This document shows positions 8,019-17,358 of a DNA stretch of 38,512 nucleotides, in pieces. The first letter of the stretch is position 1. Each line of letters begins with the position of its first letter. Under the pieces are notes generated by a model. That model was not told the DNA's origin and did not search any database. It was given only the letters and a program-made list of their open reading frames with translations. Source of the DNA: a virus; the UHGV virus genome UHGV-0178007; one strand, given 5' to 3'. Position numbers and translations under genes: made by a program.

Positions 8019-9859
8019 CGCGCCACCTCGAACGGGAACTGTCTCACCTGGTGGAAATCGAACGAGACGCGCCACATGCGTGTGGCTTGACGGTTGACCG
8101 ACATCACCTGCACGCCCGAAATGTTCACGGGGATAACCCGGTCCTCCGCCACGAGAAGGAACTCGTGACCGATCCACGTCTTCCACTCCAGGAGCCGTGA
8201 TGCCCATACCGGCGTGGTGTCCGCGTCAGCCAGCGGAACTAGCATTCCGGAGATGCTTCCCTCGTATCCGCGTTGCGCCGACACCACCACGATGGAACGC
8301 GGCGACCCGATTGGCTCCAACGTGGACGACACCTCGGGGAGCTTCCAGTCGTGCTCGGTGTCGGAGACAATGCCGACGGCCTCGTCCGTGTCCGGGTCGA
8401 TGAGCCACGTCCCCTGCAGGTCGCGGTCGAATGTCAGCTCCAGCGGCTTGGATGCCTTGCCGTTGGCGACAGCCTGCACGGCCACTGTGTGGCTCCCGGA
8501 GGCCACATACACCCAGCGGTGGAACCCCGCCTCAATGGAGCCGAGAGAGTTGCCCGGGCCGCGATACACCTGGACGCCATCGCGAGTCACGATCCACTCG
8601 TCAGGCATCTCAGCGCGCCTCCACGACAGCCGCACCATCGGCTTCGTCCTGTCCTGATCGACCGTCAGCGCCACCGGCGATGCCACAGACGCCGAGGGCG
8701 TATAGGTGAACGTGACGGTGGCCTCGCCACGCGGAGGACATCCAGGGGTGCCCATGCGGGCCGTCAGCCCGTCCCACACCTCCACCAGAACCTCATACCG
8801 GCCCGCCTGTGACAGTGCCACATCGGGCGTCCATGAGGTCGCAGACGACCACACCACGCCCGAGGAGGCCACCTGCACCGGAGACGCCCCGGCCCACCGA
8901 GATATGGTCACCCGCCAGTGCGTGACAGGCCCACCGGATCCGGCCGCCATCGTCCACGTGATGGGCGGCGTCGAGTCGGTGACCGTCGGAGATTCAGCCG
9001 ACGGAGACCCCAGCGCCACTGACGGCAGCCGTTGATAGGCCAGCTTTGCTGGCGCAGACCATCCGGACCACAGGCCCGAGCCGTCCCGGATACGCACGCG
9101 CCACCACAGCGACCCACCCACAGCAGGGGCAGGCCACCCGGTCACCGTGGACGTATCTAGCTGAGACAGGCCAGTCTCTACGACGTCGGAGGTCCATCCA
9201 GGGGAGGCGAATCCCGTCTCGGATGAGGACGTCTGCACCTGGCACGCGGCAATGTCAGTGTTCCCGACATGGTCGTAAAACGTCCACCGAAGAACAGGGG
9301 TCGGTGTCCCGACAATGGCACCAGACACCGGAGCCAGATCATCGGGCGGGAACGGATTGGTGTACCAGTCGATGTCGAGACTCGGGGTAGAATCCGCCGA
9401 GCCATCCATGAGTATGGAATCACCCGACAGCGGAGACCACAGCAACAGCCCGTAAAACCGTTGCCCGTCCGCCACCTGCTGCATCTGCCGTGTGACGTCG
9501 ATACGCCACACGCCACCGCCAGCGATCGCGCCAGATCGGGTCGCATCCGTGCGGGGGCCAACCCCTGACGGCTTCGATTTCCAGTCCAGTTGCCAGAACG
9601 ACGCAGACCACGGCCCAGCAAGCTGCGCAGTAATAGCGTGTCTGGTGTTGCCATTGCGCCTCAGACGCAGATTCAGAGTCGCCTTGCCAACATTGGCGCC
9701 CGTCGACGGGAACGGGTTCGCAAACCACAGCACCGTCCAGTACCGATGCCCAGACGTGCCGGACACCGCCAAATATGTGTGATGTGTGAAGTTCCTCGCC
9801 GACGGATGCGCCTCGTCAACGTAGGTGCAGTACCGTGCCGTGAGATTGACGTGAGTCAC
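8015..9859 (-). CDS. Minor tail protein / distal tail protein (614 aa)
   Basis: Immediately downstream of the tape measure gene, with an ATGA start/stop overlap at 9856-9859. Composition is Ser/Thr/Trp-rich and beta-rich. Confidence 0.55.
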   Translation of the reverse strand: MTHVNLTARYCTYVDEAHPSARNFTHHTYLAVSGTSGHRYWTVLWFANPFPSTGANVGKATLNLRLRRNGNTRHAITAQLAGPWSASFWQLDWKSKPSGVGPRTDATRSGAIAGGGVWRIDVTRQMQQVADGQRFYGLLLWSPLSGDSILMDGSADSTPSLDIDWYTNPFPPDDLAPVSGAIVGTPTPVLRWTFYDHVGNTDIAACQVQTSSSETGFASPGWTSDVVETGLSQLDTSTVTGWPAPAVGGSLWWRVRIRDGSGLWSGWSAPAKLAYQRLPSVALGSPSAESPTVTDSTPPITWTMAAGSGGPVTHWRVTISRWAGASPVQVASSGVVWSSATSWTPDVALSQAGRYEVLVEVWDGLTARMGTPGCPPRGEATVTFTYTPSASVASPVALTVDQDRTKPMVRLSWRRAEMPDEWIVTRDGVQVYRGPGNSLGSIEAGFHRWVYVASGSHTVAVQAVANGKASKPLELTFDRDLQGTWLIDPDTDEAVGIVSDTEHDWKLPEVSSTLEPIGSPRSIVVVSAQRGYEGSISGMLVPLADADTTPVWASRLLEWKTWIGHEFLLVAEDRVIPVNISGVQVMSVNRQATRMWRVSFDFHQVRQFPFEVAR

Positions 9860-12800
9860 ACTCGAACCCCCCTACGTCTCATATCGTGAATGGTGTCCGA
9901 TGCGGCGTTGATCCCCTCGACGTACATGCGGCCCACCAGCTGATCATCGACATCGCGTACCACCAGCACCGAGGGCATTCCCTGCCCCTGGCTAGCAATG
10001 AACTTCGCCGTGTCCTCGGCGTTGAACACCTGCGAACGGGCATTGAGTTTGCGCATCTGGGGACCCACAACCAACTCGGGACGTCCATCCTCAGACAGTG
10101 CAGCCACCTGCGAGAACGGCACCGTGCCGCCGTCCTGGTAGCCGTGACCAAACCCGATGACACGCCGCCAGTTGTGATGCTGGGCGTTGGCGGCACGCAT
10201 GCCCACAATAAGGTTCTTGTACGGGTCGTACACGTTCGGCATGAACGGCCCCATGTCGCGGCCAAAGTCAGCCCACGTGACCTTGGGCACCTGCACCAGG
10301 CCGCGCGCCGGGTCGCCGCGGGCAATATTGACGTCATACACGCGGCTCGACTGAACGAGGCGAGGATTGCCGTCGGACTCGGTTCTAATCTGACGCAGCC
10401 ACTTGTCCTCATCGGACCTGCCGCCGCCAATACCAGAGGCCGCCAAAGCGCGCGCCACCATGGGACGCCACGACTCCAGATTACCAGGCGACCCGGACGG
10501 ACCCGACGACAAGCTGAACAGGGAAGCCACCTTCGAAATCGCGGCAGATGCCAGCTTCGCGGGAACCTTCGCGACCATCTGAGTGAACGAATTCTTACCG
10601 AACTTGGAGACCACATTCCCCAGCGACTTGAACTTGTTCTTGAGCCAATCAACCGGGGACGCGAACTTTCCGAACAGCCCCGACACGGCAGACCCGATTT
10701 GAGACATCCACGACCCGCCAGATGACGGCTTCGCGTACGGGTCAGGCGTGCCAGACCCGTGCAGGCCACCACCACCAGCCAGGTAGTCCGACCACTGCCA
10801 GACAGCCGACCCCCTCGGGGTGCCAGCCCCCGGACCGGGGACAGCATGAACATGCCACGAGAAATTCTCCGCAGGTCCTCGGACCCACGCCGCCCAATTC
10901 TGCTTGCGCAGCGCGTCCCGGATCGACCACAGCCGTGTCCCGCCAGCCGGACCCGACACATCCACCGCATCGCCGGCATGAGAGGTGCCCGAGAGCCCAT
11001 TCGCAGCATTCCAGCCCTGCTGTGCGAGCCGGAACATCCAGCCCAGGGACTGCGCCGCAGCACGCACCCGAGACGCGGCAAGAGCGGTGAGATGTCCACG
11101 CCCACCTGTGAATCCACCGTTTGCGAATCCCAGGATCTTGTCATTCAGCTGCCCCGAGTTGATGGCCTCCAGAGCTCTACGAGACTGCCGCGTGGCAGCC
11201 CGGTTCGTGATGAACTCCTCACCCTCGAACCGGAACACACCCTGCGGCGACATTCCGAGGTACGGGTCGCGGTTCTGCGCTGACCACGGCAGATCAACAA
11301 ACCCTCCGCCGGCGAAACCCTGCGGCAATTTGATCTTGTCGATCTTCGTGGCTCCAAGTTTCCCAGCAACCCAGTTGAAACCGGCGATCAGACCACCGTT
11401 CAGGACCGTGTTGACAACGAACTTGACAGGGGCCTTCGCCACATTTTTCAGGCCATCCCATGCCTTCTTAATCGCAGCGACGGCAGACCTGAAAGCGGCC
11501 GGTATCTTGTTGACGAAGATGTCATGGATGCCGTCATGGATGCGGCCAGCAAGGTTCATCGCAGTGCTCAGGAGCGACTTCCATCCGCCGGACCACAGCC
11601 ATTTAATAGCGTTGATTCCTCTGGTGAACAGAGACCGAACACCATTGAAGAATCCACGGACGCCACTCGTGATGCCATTCCAGATGGCGGCACCAACCGC
11701 CTTAATCCAGTTCCAGCCGGCACGCCACGTAGTCTTGAAGAAATTGATCGCAGCGGAGAAGATGTTCTTCCAGCCGTTGATCTCAGCTCTGAATCCTGCC
11801 TTGATCGCCTTCCAGATGGCAATGCCAGCGGCCTTGACGGCGTTCCATGCGGCACGCCATGCGGTCGGGAACCAATGGACGACAGCCCCGAACGCGGCCT
11901 TCATCCCATTCCATGTTGCCGACAAAGCCGCCTTGATCCCATTCCAGATGGCGATGCCGGAAGCCTTCATCCCATTCCACGCCGCACGCCACACCGCACC
12001 GAGGGCCGTGAGGAAAATCCGGCCCAGCGCCACCATCACGGCACCGAAGGTCTGGAAGATAGCCCGGATGGCACCGAGAGTCCCCGAGACAATGCCCTTG
12101 AGCCCCTGCCACATCCGTGACCAGTTGCCGGTGAACAGCCCGATGAAAACGTTCAGGACCCCGCCCAGCACGCTCCAGAGGTTCCGAAGAATAGTAAGCA
12201 CGCCATTCATGGCGGTTGACACGACCGGCGCGAACACTGCCTTCAGAGTGGACCAGATCGCCTTGATCTTCTCGACCCCAGCGGTGAAAAGTGACTGGAT
12301 TCCACGCCACATCGACGTGAAGAACCCACCAGTCGCGGACGCCCCAGACTTCACCCCGGACCATGCCGACTTGAAAGCGTTAACGAACGGGCCCTTGAAC
12401 CAGTTCGTCGTTGCCGAAGCATCGGACTTGATCCCATCCCATGCGCCAGTAAAGAAGTTCCCAAAAGCAGAGAGTCCGGACTTGATCCCATCCCATGCGC
12501 CAGTAAAGAAGTTGACAAACGGTCCAGAGAACCAGCGGCCGACAGCCAGCGCCACATCCTTCACGCCATTCAAGGCACCATTCACGCCATTCCGAAATTT
12601 CTCCGAATGCTTGTAGGCGTAGGTAAACCCGGCAACGAGAGCGGCAACAGCAGCGATGGCCAGACCGATGGGGTTGGCAGACATGGCCGCTCCGACGGCC
12701 TTAATCCCGCCGCTGACAGCGCCGAAGGCCGTCTTGGCGATCGACATTCCCTTAAGCGCCAGGACGAAGGAACCCACGGAGACAGCCATGGTGCGCCACA

Positions 12801-14481
12801 GCTCGGGATGTTCCTGCAGGGACTTGCCAAGAGCCGACATGACCGGGGTGAGGGCCCGCACCACGGCAACAACAGCACCGAAGGCCGCCATGCCGGCCAC
12901 CTTCGCGGCAGAAAGCGCCAAAGGACCGAAGGTGGCGATGACGCCATCCGCAGCAGACTTGACCTTGTCAAGGAAAAGCTTGATGGACGCCGCCGCCTCG
13001 CCGAGAGGCTCAGACCAGGCGGTCTCGACATCAGTGCCGCGACCCGTCCACCAGCCCACCCACACGTCCGTGACTTGCTGGACGAACTTCAACATGCTGC
13101 TGAACCCGGCCGACACCTTGGCACCAGCAGCCTCCGCGGCTGGTCCCAGATTGTCGATCTGGGAGGTGAGACCCTTCAACGCGCCTGGGGCCTGCTTAAA
13201 TGCCCCCTCCTCCATCGACGCTCCGAGGCGACCGATAGCGGCACGCACATTATCCATAGCGCCGGTGAAGGTGTTACCTGACGACTTGGCAGCCCCGCCA
13301 ACACCCTGCTCCATGGCCTTCTGGAACATGGCGAAATTGATCTGCCCCTTGGAGCTCATCGCATAGACCTCGGCGGAAGTCTTGTGCAGCGACTTGCTCA
13401 GCAAGGACACAATCGGGATGCCACGGTCAGAAAGCTGCTGAATCTCGTCGCCCTGCATTTTACCCGAGGTGGCAACCTTGGAGAAAATGGAGCCCATGTC
13501 GTCGAGCGACGAGTTGGTTACCGATGCGGCATCAGCGACTAGGCTGAGAGTGTGTTGTAGCTGCTGGCCAGGCTTGATTCCAGCGGCCACGGTGGACGCT
13601 GCGACGGTCGCCGCGTCGCCCATCCCGAACGCAGTGCCCTTCACCGAGGCAAGGGCGTTGTCCATGATCTGAGCGGTCTGCTTGCCGGTGTTGCCGAGCC
13701 CCTGCAAGGTCTGGGTAGCCTGGTCGATGCTCGACAGACGCTCGAAGCCCGACGACAAGCTCCGCTTGATCAAGCCGATGCTCGACGTGACGGCGCTGGA
13801 AGCGGCGTTCCCGAGGAACGACGCCTTGAACATCGCCCCGAAGGACGGGCCGTGCGACTTGAAGCCCTCCGTGAACTTCTTGCCGGACTTCCCGCCTGCC
13901 TCGCTGGCGTCGGCAGGAAGCCCCCTAAATGGGTTGCTAAGTTTAGCGCCGAGCTTCGAGAAAACCGTCCGAATCTTCCCCGCAGACCGCTCCGACTCAG
14001 TCGCAGACTTCTTCTCGGCAGCGGCCTGCTCCTGAACGGCAGCCTTGACCTTGTCCGATGCGTCGCCACGCCGCTTCTCAGCGGCAACAAGGTCCAGGTC
14101 TGCCTTCGCGGCACGCTGCTTCGCCCGCTCCAACCGATCCTCGGCAACCAGCACCTGCGACGACCCAGCCGCATACCGTTGTCGAGCCTCAGCGGCTTTG
14201 GCCTCAGCAATCTGCACCTGACGGGCGGCATTTTCCTGGGACTGAGACGCCTTCTGTGCGGCCTTCTCGGTCGCCTCAAACGCCTTTTGGGCAGACGCCG
14301 TATTAGCCTTAGCCTTCTCGACTCCGGACGCCACGCCCGACGACAGCGCCCGGCCCATCTCCTGGCCAGCGCGCCCCGTAGCCTTCTGCGCCTGGCCTAG
14401 AAATTCCGCAATCTGGCGGGCGGGCTTGCCGTCAAAACCGACCGACAGTGAAACATAACCTTGGGCAAGCTCAGTGGCCAT
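9856..14481 (-). CDS. Tape measure protein (about 1,540 aa) with an internal lytic transglycosylase (SLT)-like motif and Trp-containing tandem peptide repeats
   Basis: Largest ORF, downstream of the chaperone pair. The N-terminal half is coiled-coil-like and Ala/Lys/Gln/Glu-rich. A repeated 11-aa module (FTGAWDGIKSG / WNGMKA / WNAVKAAG ...) follows. Near the C-terminus is ...RTESDGNPRLVQSS...ARGLVQV..., matching the SLT catalytic ES--NP / G-L-Q motif. Confidence 0.8.
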   Translation of the reverse strand: MATELAQGYVSLSVGFDGKPARQIAEFLGQAQKATGRAGQEMGRALSSGVASGVEKAKANTASAQKAFEATEKAAQKASQSQENAARQVQIAEAKAAEARQRYAAGSSQVLVAEDRLERAKQRAAKADLDLVAAEKRRGDASDKVKAAVQEQAAAEKKSATESERSAGKIRTVFSKLGAKLSNPFRGLPADASEAGGKSGKKFTEGFKSHGPSFGAMFKASFLGNAASSAVTSSIGLIKRSLSSGFERLSSIDQATQTLQGLGNTGKQTAQIMDNALASVKGTAFGMGDAATVAASTVAAGIKPGQQLQHTLSLVADAASVTNSSLDDMGSIFSKVATSGKMQGDEIQQLSDRGIPIVSLLSKSLHKTSAEVYAMSSKGQINFAMFQKAMEQGVGGAAKSSGNTFTGAMDNVRAAIGRLGASMEEGAFKQAPGALKGLTSQIDNLGPAAEAAGAKVSAGFSSMLKFVQQVTDVWVGWWTGRGTDVETAWSEPLGEAAASIKLFLDKVKSAADGVIATFGPLALSAAKVAGMAAFGAVVAVVRALTPVMSALGKSLQEHPELWRTMAVSVGSFVLALKGMSIAKTAFGAVSGGIKAVGAAMSANPIGLAIAAVAALVAGFTYAYKHSEKFRNGVNGALNGVKDVALAVGRWFSGPFVNFFTGAWDGIKSGLSAFGNFFTGAWDGIKSDASATTNWFKGPFVNAFKSAWSGVKSGASATGGFFTSMWRGIQSLFTAGVEKIKAIWSTLKAVFAPVVSTAMNGVLTILRNLWSVLGGVLNVFIGLFTGNWSRMWQGLKGIVSGTLGAIRAIFQTFGAVMVALGRIFLTALGAVWRAAWNGMKASGIAIWNGIKAALSATWNGMKAAFGAVVHWFPTAWRAAWNAVKAAGIAIWKAIKAGFRAEINGWKNIFSAAINFFKTTWRAGWNWIKAVGAAIWNGITSGVRGFFNGVRSLFTRGINAIKWLWSGGWKSLLSTAMNLAGRIHDGIHDIFVNKIPAAFRSAVAAIKKAWDGLKNVAKAPVKFVVNTVLNGGLIAGFNWVAGKLGATKIDKIKLPQGFAGGGFVDLPWSAQNRDPYLGMSPQGVFRFEGEEFITNRAATRQSRRALEAINSGQLNDKILGFANGGFTGGRGHLTALAASRVRAAAQSLGWMFRLAQQGWNAANGLSGTSHAGDAVDVSGPAGGTRLWSIRDALRKQNWAAWVRGPAENFSWHVHAVPGPGAGTPRGSAVWQWSDYLAGGGGLHGSGTPDPYAKPSSGGSWMSQIGSAVSGLFGKFASPVDWLKNKFKSLGNVVSKFGKNSFTQMVAKVPAKLASAAISKVASLFSLSSGPSGSPGNLESWRPMVARALAASGIGGGRSDEDKWLRQIRTESDGNPRLVQSSRVYDVNIARGDPARGLVQVPKVTWADFGRDMGPFMPNVYDPYKNLIVGMRAANAQHHNWRRVIGFGHGYQDGGTVPFSQVAALSEDGRPELVVGPQMRKLNARSQVFNAEDTAKFIASQGQGMPSVLVVRDVDDQLVGRMYVEGINAASDTIHDMRRRGVRV

Positions 14482-14905
14482 CTGTCCTCCTCGGGCGGTA
14501 TCTGGCAGCCATGGCGTCAACCTCGCTGCGCGTCATCGGGTTTCCGAAATGCTGATAGGACTGGTTGTCTGGCTCATCCCAGGGGCGGGGGACAGGGCGC
14601 GGTCGTGCCCCCTTGCCGCCGGAGAGAGCCCACACCAGATCGTTGGCCTGGTCGACGCGCACCGCCGCCAGCATGGTGGCCACATCCCATGCGGAATGAG
14701 GGTCAAGAGCGGCAGCGAGAGGCGTGCCGGGCTCAGCCATGCGACAGACGACAAAAACGTCCCGCCACGGTGTCCGGCCCGCCTCTGCGTCACGCAGTCT
14801 CAGCCCCGCCCGGATGCACGCGTATTCGACTTCTTCGCGGTGCTCCGAGACGACGCCCCGGAGCCAGCAGATTCCGGGACGGTCATCTCCGACACCTCGC
14901 TGAGC
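14471..14905 (-). CDS. Tail assembly chaperone -1 frameshift extension (GT-like long form, made by slipping from the 14800-15123 frame)
   Basis: The -1 frame is open from 14905 down to 14471 and overlaps the last 35 codons of the chaperone ORF, which stops at 14800-14802. It ends 10 nt inside the tape measure start. This is the arrangement expected of the conserved programmed frameshift in siphovirus tail assembly chaperones. Confidence 0.5.
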   Translation of the reverse strand, partial: AQRGVGDDRPGICWLRGVVSEHREEVEYACIRAGLRLRDAEAGRTPWRDVFVVCRMAEPGTPLAAALDPHSAWDVATMLAAVRVDQANDLVWALSGGKGARPRPVPRPWDEPDNQSYQHFGNPMTRSEVDAMAARYRPRRTDGH

Positions 14906-15123
14906 TTATCCGCGAAAGCCTCCATGAACTCCAGCGTGTCGGACTGACGCCACTGCGAATCATCCACGCCGAGCAGCCCGGGAATGCTGAAGAGCCCGGA
15001 ATAATGCTCCTCTTCGGCCTGCGAAAGCGCCTTGAGGACATCCAGGCGCGGATCTTCAAACTCGACCCGGTCAATCTCGTACTCGTGATCCTTGACGCGG
15101 ATTACAACCTTGTCTTCTGACAT
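14800..15123 (-). CDS. Tail assembly chaperone (G-like, short form)
   Basis: About 107-aa acidic ORF between the major tail protein and the tape measure gene. Confidence 0.6.
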   Translation of the reverse strand: MSEDKVVIRVKDHEYEIDRVEFEDPRLDVLKALSQAEEEHYSGLFSIPGLLGVDDSQWRQSDTLEFMEAFADKLSEVSEMTVPESAGSGASSRSTAKKSNTRASGRG

Positions 15124-15215
15124 GCCGTCGCCTTTCATTAAGTGCCGCCATTAAAGATGGCCCCGCGTGGCGGGTGCGGCGGCACGATAAACCCGCCACA
15201 CGGGGAGTACATGGG

Positions 15216-15782
15216 TCACGCAGAAGCGGCACCGAGGTACCAGTTGAAGAACTTTCCGGCGCTGTCCTTGAACAACTCAATCGTGGTCTTAAAGGACACA
15301 ACCTCGGTCTTCTTGAACGGGATCGAATCAATTCCGGTGATCTGACCGTCGCCGATATCAAGAACGCCATCACCGTTGGCGTCATGGAGACAGAACGCGA
15401 ACTGGGCGTGAGGAAGAACCTCGCCGGTGTACGAGATTGCGGTGACGGCACCCGACGTGCCCACCTTCACATTCCCGGCACCAAACAGCGCCTTCCCGAC
15501 CGCAGCAGACATCTGGTCGAACGTCACCTCAATGGAAGCCGAATTGGACTTCTGGATGACCGCAATGGTGTCAAGATTCCAATCAAGAATCTTGTCGGTA
15601 GAATTATCGAGCTTAACGTTGATGCCGTCATCGGCAACATAGCCGAGATCAATATATGCCGTATCGAGGGCCGCTACGCCATCGGTGGGGCGCTTCGACC
15701 CGAGGGGTGCGTAGAACGCATACCCGGCCTGCTTGGGGCCTCCAACATGGACTTCAGCGGTGTTCTTGCCAGTGGTAGCCAT
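15216..15782 (-). CDS. Major tail protein
   Basis: About 188-aa beta-rich protein directly upstream of the chaperone pair and downstream of the head-tail connector genes. Confidence 0.6.
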   Translation of the reverse strand: MATTGKNTAEVHVGGPKQAGYAFYAPLGSKRPTDGVAALDTAYIDLGYVADDGINVKLDNSTDKILDWNLDTIAVIQKSNSASIEVTFDQMSAAVGKALFGAGNVKVGTSGAVTAISYTGEVLPHAQFAFCLHDANGDGVLDIGDGQITGIDSIPFKKTEVVSFKTTIELFKDSAGKFFNWYLGAASA

Positions 15783-15833
15783 AGTGGCTCCTTTCATGGG
15801 GGTGCCGCCGCCATGAAAACGTATTCTGTTGTG

Positions 15834-16205
15834 TTATAGCTGGATAGTGATCGTCGCCGTCATAAAGTACCTGGGTAGCCCGTCCTCGTCGGGAAACCAT
15901 GCCGGGGCAGCGCACTTTGCGGCAACGATGAAGGTGTCCAGAAAGGCCCTTCCGTCCAGCCCGTCCACCTCACGTTTCACCCTGTCTGCCAAAACAGCTG
16001 CATCGGTCGATTCAATGGCGGTAGCCGTCAATGTCACATGACGCTCATCAATGACATGCGATCGCGTTGCAGGCCCACCTGAGGCCCTCACCTGAACATG
16101 ACCCGTCCTGGCAGCATTAGCCATTCCGGCTGGACGTTCCGTAGACACTGCGACACCAACGAGGTTGGTTAGTGCAGCCACGAGAATCGACTCAATGTCA
16201 GCCAT
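15834..16205 (-). CDS. Head-tail connector / tail terminator-like protein
   Basis: One of a run of small ORFs between the major capsid and major tail genes. Confidence 0.45.
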   Translation of the reverse strand: MADIESILVAALTNLVGVAVSTERPAGMANAARTGHVQVRASGGPATRSHVIDERHVTLTATAIESTDAAVLADRVKREVDGLDGRAFLDTFIVAAKCAAPAWFPDEDGLPRYFMTATITIQL

Positions 16206-16359
16206 GATTGCTCTTCGTGTCGGACTTCTTGGGGGTTGGTTTATCTGCCGGAATGGCAAACCCGGAGGAAATCATCGAGTTTGCGCCAGCACGGCCCAAC
16301 TCGACAACCTCGCCAGACTCAACAATTTTCACCCATACCGTGTCGATATCGTCGCTCAT
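16198..16359 (-). CDS. Small head-tail joining protein (about 53 aa)
   Basis: A short ORF fills the gap between neighbouring genes. Its internal ATG at 16359 lies 1 nt after the upstream stop. Confidence 0.3.
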   Translation of the reverse strand: MSDDIDTVWVKIVESGEVVELGRAGANSMISSGFAIPADKPTPKKSDTKSNHG

Positions 16360-16360
16360 G

Positions 16361-16663
16361 TCACCTCCTAGCAGATTCAAGACATGCCGTGAAACCGTGC
16401 GGGTCATGCTGGACGAGCCATGTCGCAAACGCGGTATTCGGGCGCACTGTGTATCGCGATCGGTTCACTCCGGGCTCAGTGACGACCACAAACTGGTCCT
16501 TTGTGTCCTCCGGATGCCGGCCTGACCTCGGATGAGCTCGCGCCCACTCGTTCGCGGCATCTCTGGCCCTCACGGCCATATCAAGCGTCACCTGATCGAC
16601 AGCATCACTGCGAAGGATTTTGCGGAAGCCCTCATGGTTGAGTTTTACCCTGGCATTAGCCAT
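16361..16663 (-). CDS. Head-tail connector protein
   Basis: 100-aa ORF in the connector block. Confidence 0.45.
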   Translation of the reverse strand: MANARVKLNHEGFRKILRSDAVDQVTLDMAVRARDAANEWARAHPRSGRHPEDTKDQFVVVTEPGVNRSRYTVRPNTAFATWLVQHDPHGFTACLESARR

Positions 16664-16985
16664 CTATTCTCCGAACCGTGAACTGATATCCAGGCTCAAG
16701 GCCAAACGGACCATGATTCCAGTCCTGGGACTCACCCACAACCTCGTACGCGATGCCATCAATGACTATTCGATCCTTGACAGCGGCAGGCCACGGTGAC
16801 AGCACAACCAGAGTTGTGGAAACACGATTCGCCCCCTGCTCCGACGGTTCTGACGATGACGACTGATACCAGCCGAACACCTTACGAACCTCCGGATCAG
16901 CCCACCAGCCAATCGGGTTGCCGTGGGCATCGCGTCCATCGGTGTCGCCGATGGCAATGTGGGTAACGGTGTGCCGGGCGATCAC
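16656..16985 (-). CDS. Head-tail connector protein
   Basis: 109-aa ORF in the connector block. Confidence 0.45.
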   Translation of the reverse strand: MIARHTVTHIAIGDTDGRDAHGNPIGWWADPEVRKVFGWYQSSSSEPSEQGANRVSTTLVVLSPWPAAVKDRIVIDGIAYEVVGESQDWNHGPFGLEPGYQFTVRRIDG

Positions 16986-17356
16986 GGCTGCTCCACAAGG
17001 TCAATGGAGGCCGCCGTCGCCACCCCCACACCCATCCGGGCCTTCTCGGCCCGAGTGAGATACAGGTCGCCGGTCGGGTTGGCAAACGACATCTGCTGGG
17101 TGAACGGCCCGGCGGTCTCGTTGAAACTCGACACCCCATCGGGCAGATCGACATCCACACTCATGGCACGACGCACCACGGCGCAGCAGATCGCCAGGAG
17201 CGTCTGGTTCGACACCTGCCCCCAGCCGGGAATCGTATCCCGGATGAGAGCGGAGGCGTCACCCAGAAGCACGGCGGCACGGCCCTGCTCAGCCTCCGAC
17301 AAACCACGCCACCGCGCCTCCAGATCAGACACGGTGGCGAACGGGATGTCTGCCAT
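16982..17356 (-). CDS. Head-tail adaptor protein
   Basis: 124-aa ORF immediately downstream of the major capsid gene. Confidence 0.45.
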   Translation of the reverse strand: MADIPFATVSDLEARWRGLSEAEQGRAAVLLGDASALIRDTIPGWGQVSNQTLLAICCAVVRRAMSVDVDLPDGVSSFNETAGPFTQQMSFANPTGDLYLTRAEKARMGVGVATAASIDLVEQP

Positions 17357-17358
17357 GA

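Noticed and set aside
9879-12616. Long alternative ORFs inside the tape measure gene (9879-11144 (-), 421 aa; 10985-12616 (+), 543 aa)
   Set aside because: They are off-frame or antisense to the single 4.6-kb tape measure ORF, and their translations are Arg/Ser/Pro low-complexity.
14533-14793. ORF 14533-14793 as the frameshift extension of the chaperone
   Set aside because: It is in the same frame as the chaperone ORF, separated from it by the stop at 14800-14802, so it cannot be reached by a frameshift. The -1 frame ORF (14471-14905) is the plausible extension.
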